Source of the DNA: Antedon mediterranea | Taxonomy: Eukaryota; Animalia; Echinodermata | Assembly: GCF_964355755.1 (NCBI RefSeq) | Contig: NC_092676.1 | Coordinates: 1,431,788 to 1,495,787 of the forward strand | Length of the DNA stretch: 64,000 nucleotides | Reading direction: 5' to 3' | Part shown: positions 63,866 to 64,000 of the stretch, piece after piece | Layout: the number at the start of each line of letters is the position of its first letter | Numbering within the stretch: position 1 is the first letter of the stretch | The notes under the pieces: generated by a model | What the model was told of the DNA's origin: nothing | Databases searched by the model: none | What the model saw: only the letters and a program-made list of their open reading frames with translations | Translations under genes and position numbers: made by a program

Positions 63866-64000
63866 GTAATCCATATACCGTAGTCCTCCGGGTATAATCC
63901 CACCCCCCTTGTACGTGAAATTTGCCCGAATTTGGGAAGTGGGACTATACCCGGGGATTTCCCGGTGCATGAACTGAAAATGACAATATTTCTTCTGGCT

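Overview
AT-rich, intron-containing animal genomic DNA, most likely a marine invertebrate. An echinoderm origin is plausible but is inference only. I assembled nine protein-coding genes by hand from GT/GC-AG boundaries with consistent phases: the 3' half of a glutathionyl-hydroquinone reductase (Xi-class GST, YqjG/ECM4-like; +), DGCR6 (-), importin alpha of the KPNA2 type (+), a second complete and divergent glutathionyl-hydroquinone reductase (-), PCNP (-), PAGR1 (+), LATS/Warts kinase (+), RIOX2/MINA53 (-) and the 5' part of CCDC83 (+). Six of them form three head-to-head pairs. Repeats include about 18 copies of a TWA-flanked Harbinger-like MITE, a second MITE family, a Merlin-like foldback element, a LINE 3' end, many minisatellites, a 5.3-kb 25-bp satellite and a 2-kb palindromic higher-order array. 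The most unusual signals are: (1) TAGGCCTA/TAGGCTA words concentrated at promoters and in a CpG-rich intergenic tract, with two in-window cases where they appear as TA-duplicating insertions, like transposon excision scars; (2) a duplicated pair of Xi-class GSTs in an animal, one with altered active-site motifs; (3) an in-frame tandem array of splice donors in the first of these genes; (4) a long foldback element inserted just after the RIOX2 stop codon. All gene identities come from motif recognition, not database searches.
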